From positions 898 through 64,897 of the forward strand of contig JAFGVX010000050.1 of the NCBI GenBank assembly GCA_016937775.1: a stretch of DNA of 64,000 nt, given 5' to 3'. The notes below the pieces were generated by a model, which was not told the origin of the DNA, did no database searches, and saw nothing but the letters and a program-made list of their open reading frames with translations. Made by a program: the position numbers and the translations under genes. This document shows, piece after piece, positions 40,921 to 50,035 of the stretch. This stretch comes from Campylobacterales bacterium (GTDB taxonomy: Bacteria; Campylobacterota; Campylobacteria; Campylobacterales; Sulfurovaceae). Positions within the stretch are counted from its first letter, which is position 1. The number at the start of each line of letters is the position of its first letter.

Positions 40921-42618
40921 CTATGGAGTATATAAGAGATTTTTTTGTCTCTCTTTTTTGCTTATATTTTTTTCCACAAATATTTTTTGTCGTGTTGTGG
41001 GATCAAGCTCCGTATAATATATCACGGAAGCGTAAGTCCCTGGAGTCGGAGTAAATATCTGTACTTGTTCCGGATTTATCTTAAGCTCTTTTGATGTAAA
41101 TGTTTTGAGCGCATTCATGTCTTTCTCGCTACAACCGGGATGTGCGGCTATTAGATAGTAGGTGAGATACTGTTTTTTATCAAGTTTGTTATTGATAATA
41201 TCAAAGAGTTTTTTAAATTCCAAAAGTGTCTTTTTGCCCGGTTTTCCCATGAGTTTAAGAACATTATCCTGTATATGTTCGGGTGCGATTTTCATTTGTC
41301 CTGATGTATGATGCGTGAGCAGTTCTTGAAGGTAACTATACCCTTTTTTTCGATCTTGCGCTATAAGATCATATCGAATGCCTGATGCTACAAATGCCTT
41401 TTTAATCCCATTAATATTTTTTACCTGTTTCATGAGTCCTATAGAGCGTGTATGGTCCACCTTCATAGCAGAGCACAATCCCCCGTGATCTACACATCGC
41501 TTATCGATACAAGTGCCTTTTGAGAGTTTTTTTTCACACTCATATCCATACATATTGGCACTTGGTCCCCCAAGATCGGAGATAATGCCTTTGAAATCTT
41601 TATGCTCTTTAAAGCTATTTGCCTCTTTGAGTATGGAACCCTCACTTCTTGAGCGTATCGTTCTTCCTTGATGCACACCAATTGCACAAAAGTTACACTC
41701 CCCCCAGCATCCATGATGTGTCGTAATAGAGTATTTAATGGTCTCTTGAGCTTTTACTTTTCCTTTTTTCGCATAATAAGGGTGTACTTCTCTTGTATAG
41801 GGTAGATTCGCAACTATATCCATTTCATTTTGTTCAAGATAAGATGATGGGGGATTTTGTATCAGAAATCGCTCATCAACCTCTTGATACAATCCTTTTG
41901 CTGAGAGTGGATCGTTATTTTTATAGAAGGCATCAAAGAGATCAATATAGCGCTCTTTATTTTCAATACACTCTTTGTGTGAAGGTAGCAATAGATACTC
42001 TTTCTTTGCCTCTTTATCGATGTAGCAGATACCTCGTATATTTCTATAGTCTTTACCTGCCTCAAGAGCAATAGCTAGCTCTTTTACGGCATTTTCAGCC
42101 ATACCATAAAGAAGTATATCGGCTTTGGAGTCAAAGAGTATCGGCTTGCGTAGCTTATCACTCCAGTAGTCATAATGTGTTACTCTGCGCAGACTTGCTT
42201 CGATTCCGCCAAGTACAATAGGAGCAGTACCTTTAAAGTATCTTCTGATGAGGTTTGTGTAGGCTATCGTTGCACGATCAACTCTTTTGTTGTTGATGCC
42301 ACCGGGTGTATAGTCATCGCTTTTGCGAAATCTCTTCGTTGCCGTATAATTTGCAACCATAGAGTCTACACTTCCGCCACTTACACCCCAAAAGAGTCTT
42401 GGTTCACCTAGTCTCGTGATATCTCTATCACTATTGATGTCGGGTTGTGCGATGATGCCGACTTTGTAGTCTAAACTCTCCAAAACTCTTCCAATAACGG
42501 CAACACCGATAAAGGGCGAATCGATATAAGTATCCCCGCTTATGAGGATAACATCACATTGCTTCCAACCACGATCTTGCATCTCTTGGCGCGTTGTCGG
42601 TAGAAATTTTGCACTCAT
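40921..42618 (-). CDS. ygiQ: YgiQ-family (UPF0313) radical SAM protein
   Basis: 565 aa. N-terminal FLPTT...GW..CDVILISGDTYIDSPF, radical SAM CxxxCxxC (CWGECNFC). Confidence 0.8.
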   Translation of the reverse strand: MSAKFLPTTRQEMQDRGWKQCDVILISGDTYIDSPFIGVAVIGRVLESLDYKVGIIAQPDINSDRDITRLGEPRLFWGVSGGSVDSMVANYTATKRFRKSDDYTPGGINNKRVDRATIAYTNLIRRYFKGTAPIVLGGIEASLRRVTHYDYWSDKLRKPILFDSKADILLYGMAENAVKELAIALEAGKDYRNIRGICYIDKEAKKEYLLLPSHKECIENKERYIDLFDAFYKNNDPLSAKGLYQEVDERFLIQNPPSSYLEQNEMDIVANLPYTREVHPYYAKKGKVKAQETIKYSITTHHGCWGECNFCAIGVHQGRTIRSRSEGSILKEANSFKEHKDFKGIISDLGGPSANMYGYECEKKLSKGTCIDKRCVDHGGLCSAMKVDHTRSIGLMKQVKNINGIKKAFVASGIRYDLIAQDRKKGYSYLQELLTHHTSGQMKIAPEHIQDNVLKLMGKPGKKTLLEFKKLFDIINNKLDKKQYLTYYLIAAHPGCSEKDMNALKTFTSKELKINPEQVQIFTPTPGTYASVIYYTELDPTTRQKIFVEKNISKKERQKNLLYTP

Positions 42619-42683
42619 GATTTTACTTTTTGTGAAGTATAGCAGTTTTTTAGGGGATTTGCCACCGCAAAGGGTGGCTTTTG

Positions 42684-43742
42684 TTATTTAAAGTCAGGTT
42701 TTGGAGTGGTCGCCGTGCTTGCAGGAAGCATAGGGTATGTAATCTCAGGTTTTCTACCCTCAAGTGCTTTAAAGAAAGTTGCTATTTTTGTAGCCTCATC
42801 ATCACTAATTGTGATACCAAGTTGGATGCTTCCCATCTCTTGTATCGCTTCATTGAGACTCCAAATTTGTCCGTTATGAAAATAGGGAGCAGTCTCAGTG
42901 ATATTTCTCAGCGTTGGTGTTTTTACCATACCATTTGCATCACCTTTAAAATCACCTACATTAGCAAATTTATATGGCTTAGTAACAGCAAAAGCTTGCA
43001 TTGTTCCGCCAAGTGCGACACCGTTATGGCAGGCAATGCACCCTTTTGTTAAAAAGAGATCAAGTCCTTCTTTTTCAGTATCACTCAGCGCTGAGGCATC
43101 TCCGTGGAGGTAGTCATCAAATCTTGAAGGAGTAACTAATGTTCTCTCAAAAGCACCTATTGTTGCAGTGATCGTTGCAAAATCGATTTTGACATCATTG
43201 CCGTAAACAGATTTGAATTCTGCAATATATTCAGGGATAGAGTTAACTCTCTCTTCGACAAGTGAAGGAGGTGATGCCATTTCAGGCGCTGCTTGCATAG
43301 GTCCTTGTGCTTGATCTTCAAGATGCGGGCTTCTTCCATCCCAAAATTGCGCTTTGAAAAAGACACTATTGTAAACGGTAGGAGAGTTGAGGTGATGCGG
43401 ATTTGGCGTCCACATATGTCCTACGGCGGCACTTACGCCATCCGCACCTCCAAGACCAAGATTGTGACAGGTGTTGCAGCTGATGATGCCACTTTTTGAG
43501 AGTCTAGGCTCAAAATAAAGCTTCTTGCCGAGTTCGACTTTTTGAGCTGTAAGAACATTATCGGGATCGGTAAGTTTTTTAAGCTCATTGATATCATTCG
43601 GTATCGCTTTGAGACCCATAGAGAGCGCTTTTTGGATAAGCGGATCGACAGTTTGCTTAGCATCTTCAGCATTGATGCAATTTGTGGCACCGACAAATAA
43701 TAGCGATGCGCACACAAGAGAAGATAGTTTCGTGTTTCTCAT
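42684..43742 (-). CDS. Di-haem cytochrome c peroxidase
   Basis: 352 aa. Signal peptide, two CxxCH sites (CNTCH, CIACH). Confidence 0.85.
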   Translation of the reverse strand: MRNTKLSSLVCASLLFVGATNCINAEDAKQTVDPLIQKALSMGLKAIPNDINELKKLTDPDNVLTAQKVELGKKLYFEPRLSKSGIISCNTCHNLGLGGADGVSAAVGHMWTPNPHHLNSPTVYNSVFFKAQFWDGRSPHLEDQAQGPMQAAPEMASPPSLVEERVNSIPEYIAEFKSVYGNDVKIDFATITATIGAFERTLVTPSRFDDYLHGDASALSDTEKEGLDLFLTKGCIACHNGVALGGTMQAFAVTKPYKFANVGDFKGDANGMVKTPTLRNITETAPYFHNGQIWSLNEAIQEMGSIQLGITISDDEATKIATFFKALEGRKPEITYPMLPASTATTPKPDFK

Positions 43743-43927
43743 ATTCTGACTCCTTTTGAAATAATTTATAAAAAATTATAACAAGATAATCTTAATTAAA
43801 AGATAATTTTTATTATTTAGCTTATTTATTTTGATACAAAAAATATTACAAAAAAACTAAATATTCAAAACAGTCTAAAAATTCTAAGATATAATATTTT
43901 CATTATTTTTGCTTAAGGAGTATGGGA

Positions 43928-45028
43928 ATGACGGGAGTTGCGAGGCAAGCTAATGGGAGCGCGGAAGACTCTTTTGAGCCTTTAGAATTTCAAGGAAAGA
44001 GCAAAGAGTTTTTTGGTATTTGGATTGTCAATGTTTTTTTGAGTATTGTTACGCTTGGTATCTATTCTGCTTGGGCAAAAGTACGTACCAATAGATACTT
44101 TTATGGGAACACATTTTATAAAGGCAGTTCTTTTGAATATACAGCCGATCCTATCAAAATACTCAAAGGAAGACTACTGATAGTTGGGCTTTATGCGATT
44201 TTTTTTGTCTCTTTGGAGATACTTTTAAACCCCTTTATTGCAGGTGCTATTTTTATCTTTGGACTTATTATGATACCGTGGCTCATTAATCGTTCTATTA
44301 TCTTTCGTCTTCATAATACAAAACATAGAAATATACGCTTTGCACATCATGCGCATGCTAAGAAGTATTATGGTTTTTATTTTTTTCATAGCATTTTATA
44401 TGTTTTCTCACTTGGGTTTACATATGGCTATAGTTTAAATGAGTTTAAAAAATTACTCTATAGAAATAGTAGTTACGGCAGTGTGATGTTTGATTATCAT
44501 GGTAAAGCGGGAAGTGTCTATTGGCAGATTGTTAAGTCCATAGGTTTTACACTGCTTTTTATGATTATAGGTGCACTAGTTGTTTTCATACTTTCAACTT
44601 TACTAAATCCTCTATTTGTAGATGCAACCACCGTTGATCCGGAGGAAAAACTTTCTTCTGTGGCAAGAATTCTTATTGTGGTTGGAGTATATCTTTTTTA
44701 TTTTTTCGTGGGTATTCTCGGTAAAGCATCATATGATTCTTATGTGGGCAATTATTTTTGGAATAATGTTTCATTGCATGAGACAAAATTTCAAAGTACA
44801 CTTAAGCCGACTTCGTTGGCATGGATATATGGCACCAATGTGCTTGCTGTCATCTTTTCTATTGGACTGTTTACCCCTTGGGCGAGAGTACGGATTGCGC
44901 GTTATAAATGTGAAAATTTTGCAATCAGTTGTCCCGATATCTCATCTTTTATAGCTACATCACAGCAAGAATCAACTGCTATCGGTGAAGAAGCCGGTGA
45001 TTTCTTTGATATCGATATAGGATTTTAA
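43928..45028 (+). CDS. DUF898 (YjgN-like) membrane protein
   Basis: FQGKSKEFFGIWIVNVFLSIVTLGIYSAWAKVR motif, repeated near the C-terminus (LFTPWARVR). AAGGAG lies 7 nt upstream of the ATG at 43928. The ORF-track start is 43922. Confidence 0.65.
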   Translation: MTGVARQANGSAEDSFEPLEFQGKSKEFFGIWIVNVFLSIVTLGIYSAWAKVRTNRYFYGNTFYKGSSFEYTADPIKILKGRLLIVGLYAIFFVSLEILLNPFIAGAIFIFGLIMIPWLINRSIIFRLHNTKHRNIRFAHHAHAKKYYGFYFFHSILYVFSLGFTYGYSLNEFKKLLYRNSSYGSVMFDYHGKAGSVYWQIVKSIGFTLLFMIIGALVVFILSTLLNPLFVDATTVDPEEKLSSVARILIVVGVYLFYFFVGILGKASYDSYVGNYFWNNVSLHETKFQSTLKPTSLAWIYGTNVLAVIFSIGLFTPWARVRIARYKCENFAISCPDISSFIATSQQESTAIGEEAGDFFDIDIGF

Positions 45029-46009
45029 TTGAAGGTAACAGGAGAGTATTTCGACGGTAAAAGTTCATTAGCGCATCCCGTTGAGATAACAATCATCGAA
45101 GATTATGTTGTTATGGTCGCAGGTGAGGGCATCAACATCAAAACGACTCTTGATGATATTCATATCTCATCAAGAGTAGGCAATACCCCAAGGCTTATAA
45201 AGCTACAAGAGGATGCTGTAATCCATATAGGTGATAATGATGCGCTCGATGAAGCGATAAGCGGATTTTATCATGCCTCAACGAGGGCACATAAGCTAGA
45301 GAGCAGACGCTCTGTCGTTCTTCTTTCTATTGTAATCTTGGTTTTAGGTGTTGTCTATTTTATTGTTGACGGTTCTAGTAGGCTTGCAAAAGTTGTAGCA
45401 TACAATCTTCCGGCTACCGTTGAAAAGAAGATAGGCACAGAGGCTTTTAAATATATAGATGAGGGGATACTTGAAGCTTCTAAGCTGAAAGAAGAGAAAC
45501 AAAAAGAGATCAGTGCTCTATTTACAAAATTTGATGGTGCCAAAGAGTATAAACTTCATTTTAGAAGAGGCATAGGAATCAACGCCTTTGCGTTGCCTTC
45601 CGGAGATATTGTCATAACAGACGAACTTATAGAGTTTAGCGAGGGTAATAACGATATGATCTTTGGAGTTTTGGCACATGAGATTGGTCATGTGAAACGA
45701 AAGCACTCGATGCAGATGATGGTAAAAGCCTCGATGGTTGGTATCTTGGTGGGATATTTTACGGGGGATGTATCGACACTTGCGACAACCTTGATGAGCT
45801 CCGTTGTGCAGGCAAAGTACTCTAGAGAGTTTGAAAAAGAAGCGGATGCCTTTGCAAAGGAGACGATGAAAAAATCAGGCGTTGATCCTAAAAATCTAGC
45901 ACTCTTTTTTGAAAAGATGTCCAAAAAAGACCCGACGCATATAGAGACGGGATATTTTGATTCGCATCCTGCGAACCAAGAGCGTATCGATGCGCTTTTA
46001 GCACCATAG
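45029..46009 (+). CDS. M48-family zinc metallopeptidase with an N-terminal soluble domain and TM anchor
   Basis: 326 aa. HEIGHVKRKH (HExxH). TTG start immediately after the upstream TAA. Confidence 0.7.
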   Translation: MKVTGEYFDGKSSLAHPVEITIIEDYVVMVAGEGINIKTTLDDIHISSRVGNTPRLIKLQEDAVIHIGDNDALDEAISGFYHASTRAHKLESRRSVVLLSIVILVLGVVYFIVDGSSRLAKVVAYNLPATVEKKIGTEAFKYIDEGILEASKLKEEKQKEISALFTKFDGAKEYKLHFRRGIGINAFALPSGDIVITDELIEFSEGNNDMIFGVLAHEIGHVKRKHSMQMMVKASMVGILVGYFTGDVSTLATTLMSSVVQAKYSREFEKEADAFAKETMKKSGVDPKNLALFFEKMSKKDPTHIETGYFDSHPANQERIDALLAP

Positions 46010-46018
46010 TGTAAAGTT

Positions 46019-47467
46019 CTATTTACCTCTGCTTGAGCTTCTGTTTTTACTTCGGTTTCTATTGTTGCTCGCGTCGTTTCTACTTCTACTTCGATTTCTG
46101 CTGTTACCTCTATAACTACCTTTTTTATCTCTTGGTTGCGTGTTGGCTTTTTCTAGAAGTTTTTCAACCTCTTGAAGCCCAAAACCTATGCTGTCTTTGC
46201 CTTTGATAACATTTTTGTTGATGATATGTGAAGCAAGAAGGTGCGCTATGGTCACGATGTCGATATCGTGCTGCAATGTTTTGACAAGCGTGATTGCTTC
46301 TTCATTGATCTTGTTTGATGATATCTCTTCGATGAGCGCGTTCTCTTTGTTTGAACGTAATTCACTTTTACTCGGAATACTTTGCATGATCATCTTTGCC
46401 CCGATATCTTTCTCTATACGTTTGATAGCGCGCAACTCATTTGGGCTTACAAGTGTGATTGCTTCACCTGTTTTTCCACCTCTACCCGTTCTACCAATTC
46501 TATGTACATAGCTTTCGCTATCAAAAGGAAGGTGGTAGTTGAAAACGTGGCTTACATCATTGACATCAAGTCCGCGTGCTGCTACATCTGTTGCGACAAA
46601 TATATCAGTATTGCCTTGTTTAAAAGCTTTGATGGCTATTTCTCTTTGTTTTTGTTCCATATCGCCGTGCAAAAGACCTACTTTAAAGCCTTGTGATGTA
46701 AGGTGACTTGCTAATCTGTCAACTTCTTTTTTCATACGACAAAAGATGATACATTTGCCGGGCTCAAGAAAGTCCATGAGACGTACAAGCGCATCATCTC
46801 TCTCATGTTCTGCTATCACATAGTAGTTTTGTGTTATTGAGCTATTTGTGCTCTCGCTTTTAGTAATGGAGACTGTTTTTGGGGTGTTGAGTATCTCATT
46901 TGCCAAGCGTCGTATCTGATCGGGCATAGTTGCTGAGAACATAAGTGTTTGACGCTCTTTTGGCAGGTAGGTAAAGATATTTTTGATCTCGTCCAAAAAG
47001 CCCATATCGAGCATCTCATCAGCTTCATCAAGCACGACGAAGCTTGGATTGAGTTTGATTCTTTTGCTTTTGAGCAGGTCTTGGAGTCTTCCGGGGGTTG
47101 CGATAACAAGATGCGCTTGTTTGATACGCTCTATCTGTCTATCGTAAGATGTTCCACCGTAAACGGTTGCTGTTTTAAGACCTGCAAATCTCCCGAAACG
47201 ATAAAGCTCATCACTTACTTGCATGGCAAGTTCACGGGTTGGTACGATAACAAGTGCTTGAACACTACCCTCTACATCTATCTTATCTAAGATTGGTAGA
47301 CCAAATGCTGCTGTTTTTCCTGTACCTGTTTGTGCTTGGGCTATGATGTCATGCCCTTGTTGAATGAGTGGGATCGCCTCTTTTTGTACAGGGCTTGGCT
47401 CTTTGAAACCTGCATCATCTATAGCCTTTTGAATGGGCTCACTTAAGTTAAAATCTAAAAATGTCAT
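46019..47467 (-). CDS. DEAD-box ATP-dependent RNA helicase with an Arg/Ser/Asn-rich tail
   Basis: 482 aa. Q-motif GFKEPSPVQ, AQTGTGKT, DEAD, SAT, HRIGRTGR. Confidence 0.9.
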   Translation of the reverse strand: MTFLDFNLSEPIQKAIDDAGFKEPSPVQKEAIPLIQQGHDIIAQAQTGTGKTAAFGLPILDKIDVEGSVQALVIVPTRELAMQVSDELYRFGRFAGLKTATVYGGTSYDRQIERIKQAHLVIATPGRLQDLLKSKRIKLNPSFVVLDEADEMLDMGFLDEIKNIFTYLPKERQTLMFSATMPDQIRRLANEILNTPKTVSITKSESTNSSITQNYYVIAEHERDDALVRLMDFLEPGKCIIFCRMKKEVDRLASHLTSQGFKVGLLHGDMEQKQREIAIKAFKQGNTDIFVATDVAARGLDVNDVSHVFNYHLPFDSESYVHRIGRTGRGGKTGEAITLVSPNELRAIKRIEKDIGAKMIMQSIPSKSELRSNKENALIEEISSNKINEEAITLVKTLQHDIDIVTIAHLLASHIINKNVIKGKDSIGFGLQEVEKLLEKANTQPRDKKGSYRGNSRNRSRSRNDASNNRNRSKNRSSSRGK

Positions 47468-47725
47468 TGTTATTCTTTATATTGGATTGGTGGATGTATA
47501 AAATACTCCTGTTTTTTGCATATGACACCAAACAGTTTGTACTCTATACTAAGAAGTGTAAAATCGCTAGAAGTCTGATATCTCTCGCAGAAAAGTACGC
47601 AATTATAGCGGGTTTTTTGGAAAAAAGATAGGGCTATCTTTTGAACTCCTGCTTGCAGGTATCTTTAACTCTCATTCTTGTGCTTTGTATGGGAGTGTAT
47701 ATCGTAAATATTGCACACAAGTAAT

Positions 47726-48034
47726 TTAAATTATCTTTGCGCGCACGGTATCAAATTTATTTTTGATGACATTTTCTGTGTACAAAGTTCCAAATGGTAT
47801 CAATGAGAGAATGAAAAACATTAAAGTTTCTTTTGGAGTAAATAATTTGGCTCCAAATGTGATAATGAGGCTAAAGATAAACCATACAAATAGTATAGCG
47901 TGGATAATACCCGCAATTTTAGTGGCTATTGGGAATCCAAAATAGTATTTAAGTGGCATAGCGATAAACAGAAGAATCAAAAAAGAGTAGCCTTCTATTT
48001 TATTGATAAATCTAAATTTCTCTAATCGTTCCAA
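47726..48034 (-). CDS. DUF3817-family small membrane protein
   Basis: 102 aa. FRFINKIEGYSFLILLFIAMPLKY motif. Confidence 0.55.
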   Translation of the reverse strand: MERLEKFRFINKIEGYSFLILLFIAMPLKYYFGFPIATKIAGIIHAILFVWFIFSLIITFGAKLFTPKETLMFFILSLIPFGTLYTENVIKNKFDTVRAKII

Positions 48035-48128
48035 AATGATTTCCTAATTTTTGATGGAGTATAGCAAAAGATGCTTAAGTGAGTCGTGAGATTCGTCACT
48101 CCTATGGAGGCAGGAATTCATAATATTT

Positions 48129-48193
48129 GTCATGCTGAACTTGTTTCAGCATCTCTTCTTATATTTTAGACCCTGAAACAAGTTCAGGGTGAC
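48129..48193. repeat. Family-A inverted doublet (REPIN-like), 65 nt
   Basis: gtcatgctgaacttgtttcagcatc + 15 nt + gaccctgaaacaagttcagggtgac. Confidence 0.85.
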
Positions 48194-48201
48194 GGTGTGT
48201 T

Positions 48202-48234
48202 GTCATTGCGAGAAGCTTTAGCTTCGTGGCAATC
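48202..48234. repeat. Family-B module, reverse orientation
   Basis: gtcattgcgagaagctttagcttcgtggcaatc. Its reverse complement is 33/33 identical to 31524-31556. Confidence 0.9.
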
Positions 48235-48257
48235 TATATTCTATAAAGTAAACAAAT

Positions 48258-48413
48258 CCGCTCATGGTGAGCTTGTCGAACCATTATCTTGCTCTTGTTC
48301 CCATGCTTTGCGTGGGAATACATACTCCCAATATTTTATATGTGTTTCCACGAAAATCGTAGGAACGAGGGAATGTTTTTCTTTTTCTTCTTTCCACTTT
48401 TTAGAAAAGTGGA
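48258..48413. repeat. String of further short hairpin modules
   Basis: ccgctcatggtgagcttgtcgaaccat, ttcccatgctttgcgtgggaa, ttccacgaaaatcgtaggaa, tccactttttagaaaagtgga. Confidence 0.55.
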
Positions 48414-48421
48414 GTAAAAGC

Positions 48422-48567
48422 GTCATGCTCACAAAGTCGCGGTCGGCATATCCATGCTTGCTATCTGTACCGCCGCAGATATGCCTGCTTTACAAGGATG
48501 CTCGCATGACAGTTATTTGATAGATTGCACCAAAGGTGCAAAAGCGACAGAAAGAGCGATGTGGATT
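48422..48567. repeat. GTCATGC...GCATGAC-bounded palindromic element plus a B-like tail
   Basis: gtcatgctcac...ggcatatc...gatatgcc...ctcgcatgac (48422-48510), then ttgcacc-aaa-ggtgcaa and agcgatgtggatt. Confidence 0.5.
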
Positions 48568-48614
48568 ATTTCCTGCGGGTGTTTTGTCGGAAAGCAACGA
48601 TGATTTGGTAAGCA

Positions 48615-49031
48615 CTACTCTTTATGAAAGAAATTTGTTTTTGGCTTCACATCAAAAAATAAAAACAGTACAACAAAAAACATTATGAGTGCAAAAATAT
48701 TAATTTGAAATAGCGAAAAAAGGCTATTATCCATATGCGCATTTCTAAAGCCAATTGTTAATATTATTCCAGAAGAGAAATTAAAACATAAATCTTTAGT
48801 ACAAAAGATAATTATTTGCAATGCATAATAAAGCATTCCAAGAAGAAAGCCGGTTTTTTCTTTTAATATCATGTAGATACTGGCAATTATACCACTTAAT
48901 AAGAATAATATATATGGAGAGTCTAAAATAGATAAGCGTTGTATTTCTTTTAAAAGGAGCATATTAAAAATACCAAATAATGCAGAAATAATTGTTATGA
49001 TAGAAACAATCATTATTTTTTTAGAATGCAT
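48615..49031 (-). CDS. Hypothetical 4-TM membrane protein
   Basis: 138 aa, hydrophobic. Its start lies 2 nt from the metF stop. Confidence 0.5.
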   Translation of the reverse strand: MHSKKIMIVSIITIISALFGIFNMLLLKEIQRLSILDSPYILFLLSGIIASIYMILKEKTGFLLGMLYYALQIIIFCTKDLCFNFSSGIILTIGFRNAHMDNSLFSLFQINIFALIMFFVVLFLFFDVKPKTNFFHKE

Positions 49032-49032
49032 G

Positions 49033-49953
49033 CTAACCGATCAACTCACTACAAAGATCAAATCGATTATGCGTCATCAGATGCACCTTAGGATGCAGTT
49101 GCATCACACTATCAAATATCTCTTTTGAAAGAGCAAAGCCAACATCATGCTCTTTTTCGGCACCGTCTTTAGCGGCTGTATTCATCGCTTTGATGATATG
49201 AGCCGGTACGCTTATGCCTGGCACATGCGCATCGATGAAGTTTGCAGTCTTGGCTGCAACTACAGGGAATTGTCCAAGGATGAGTTGCGCCTCTTTAGAA
49301 GTCTCTCGTATGCTCTCACGCTTGGCATTTTCAAATATTTCAAGCAGTGCCTTAGCATTATCTATATCATAAACGGGCTGTGTGATGATCGCTCTTGCCC
49401 CATAGTTGAGCTTTTTGAGCATCCGCTTTTCAAGTGTCTTCATATCTTTGGCATGTGCATTGCTCACAGCAAACGGATAGATAGGTTTAAGTGGTGCTTT
49501 GAGTGGTTGTTTGCTGTAGTCCGTGCCGCTATTGAGATGGTGGATGATGCTAAGAAGCAGTGTGGAGTCTCGCTCTAATACACCCTTAACCTCGGGTTGA
49601 TCAGAGTATTTTGCAGGATCACCGGTAAGTGCCAGGATGCAGCGGATATCAAAATCATTGGCACCAAGAAGGGTGGATTGAAGTGAGAGCTTATTTTTAT
49701 CGCGCATGCTCATAGTAGCAATAACTGGTTTGTTGAACTCTTGTTGCACTTTTATAGCAGAGAGTATGGAGTCCATTTTTAGTTTTGCGAGAGGATTGTC
49801 CGTAGTCGTAAATCCTGTAATTTTTTTATCCAATCCTAGAGTTCGTATATCGTTTATTATATTTTCGATGGAGCCACCATGCGGAGGTGTAATCTCTATA
49901 GTTATAAAGTGGTCATTGGAGCATAAAGTAGAGCAAAATTGATCAAATAGCAT
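49033..49953 (-). CDS. metF: Methylenetetrahydrofolate reductase
   Basis: 306 aa. MTHFR-type TIM barrel (ITIEITPP, TTTDNPLA, LALTGD). Confidence 0.75.
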   Translation of the reverse strand: MLFDQFCSTLCSNDHFITIEITPPHGGSIENIINDIRTLGLDKKITGFTTTDNPLAKLKMDSILSAIKVQQEFNKPVIATMSMRDKNKLSLQSTLLGANDFDIRCILALTGDPAKYSDQPEVKGVLERDSTLLLSIIHHLNSGTDYSKQPLKAPLKPIYPFAVSNAHAKDMKTLEKRMLKKLNYGARAIITQPVYDIDNAKALLEIFENAKRESIRETSKEAQLILGQFPVVAAKTANFIDAHVPGISVPAHIIKAMNTAAKDGAEKEHDVGFALSKEIFDSVMQLHPKVHLMTHNRFDLCSELIG

Positions 49954-50035
49954 AGCAACTCTTGTTTTTTGGGTTAGTTTTGTTACAATTTTACCAAATT
50001 ATACTTTGCAATAAGATAGCGCGATCAGGCTTGCC

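Noticed and set aside
42661-42678. Hairpin gccacc-gcaaag-ggtggc with a downstream T-run as a terminator
   Set aside because: The T-run is on the plus strand, whereas both flanking genes are on the minus strand, and it overlaps the cytochrome c peroxidase stop codon. The flank (ggatttgccacc) resembles the family-B repeat start, so it may be a repeat relic. The evidence is too weak to call.
48197-48520. 107-aa plus-strand ORF
   Set aside because: It is a read-through of consecutive palindromic repeat modules. It has no ribosome binding site, no protein-like composition and GC-rich junk-peptide content.
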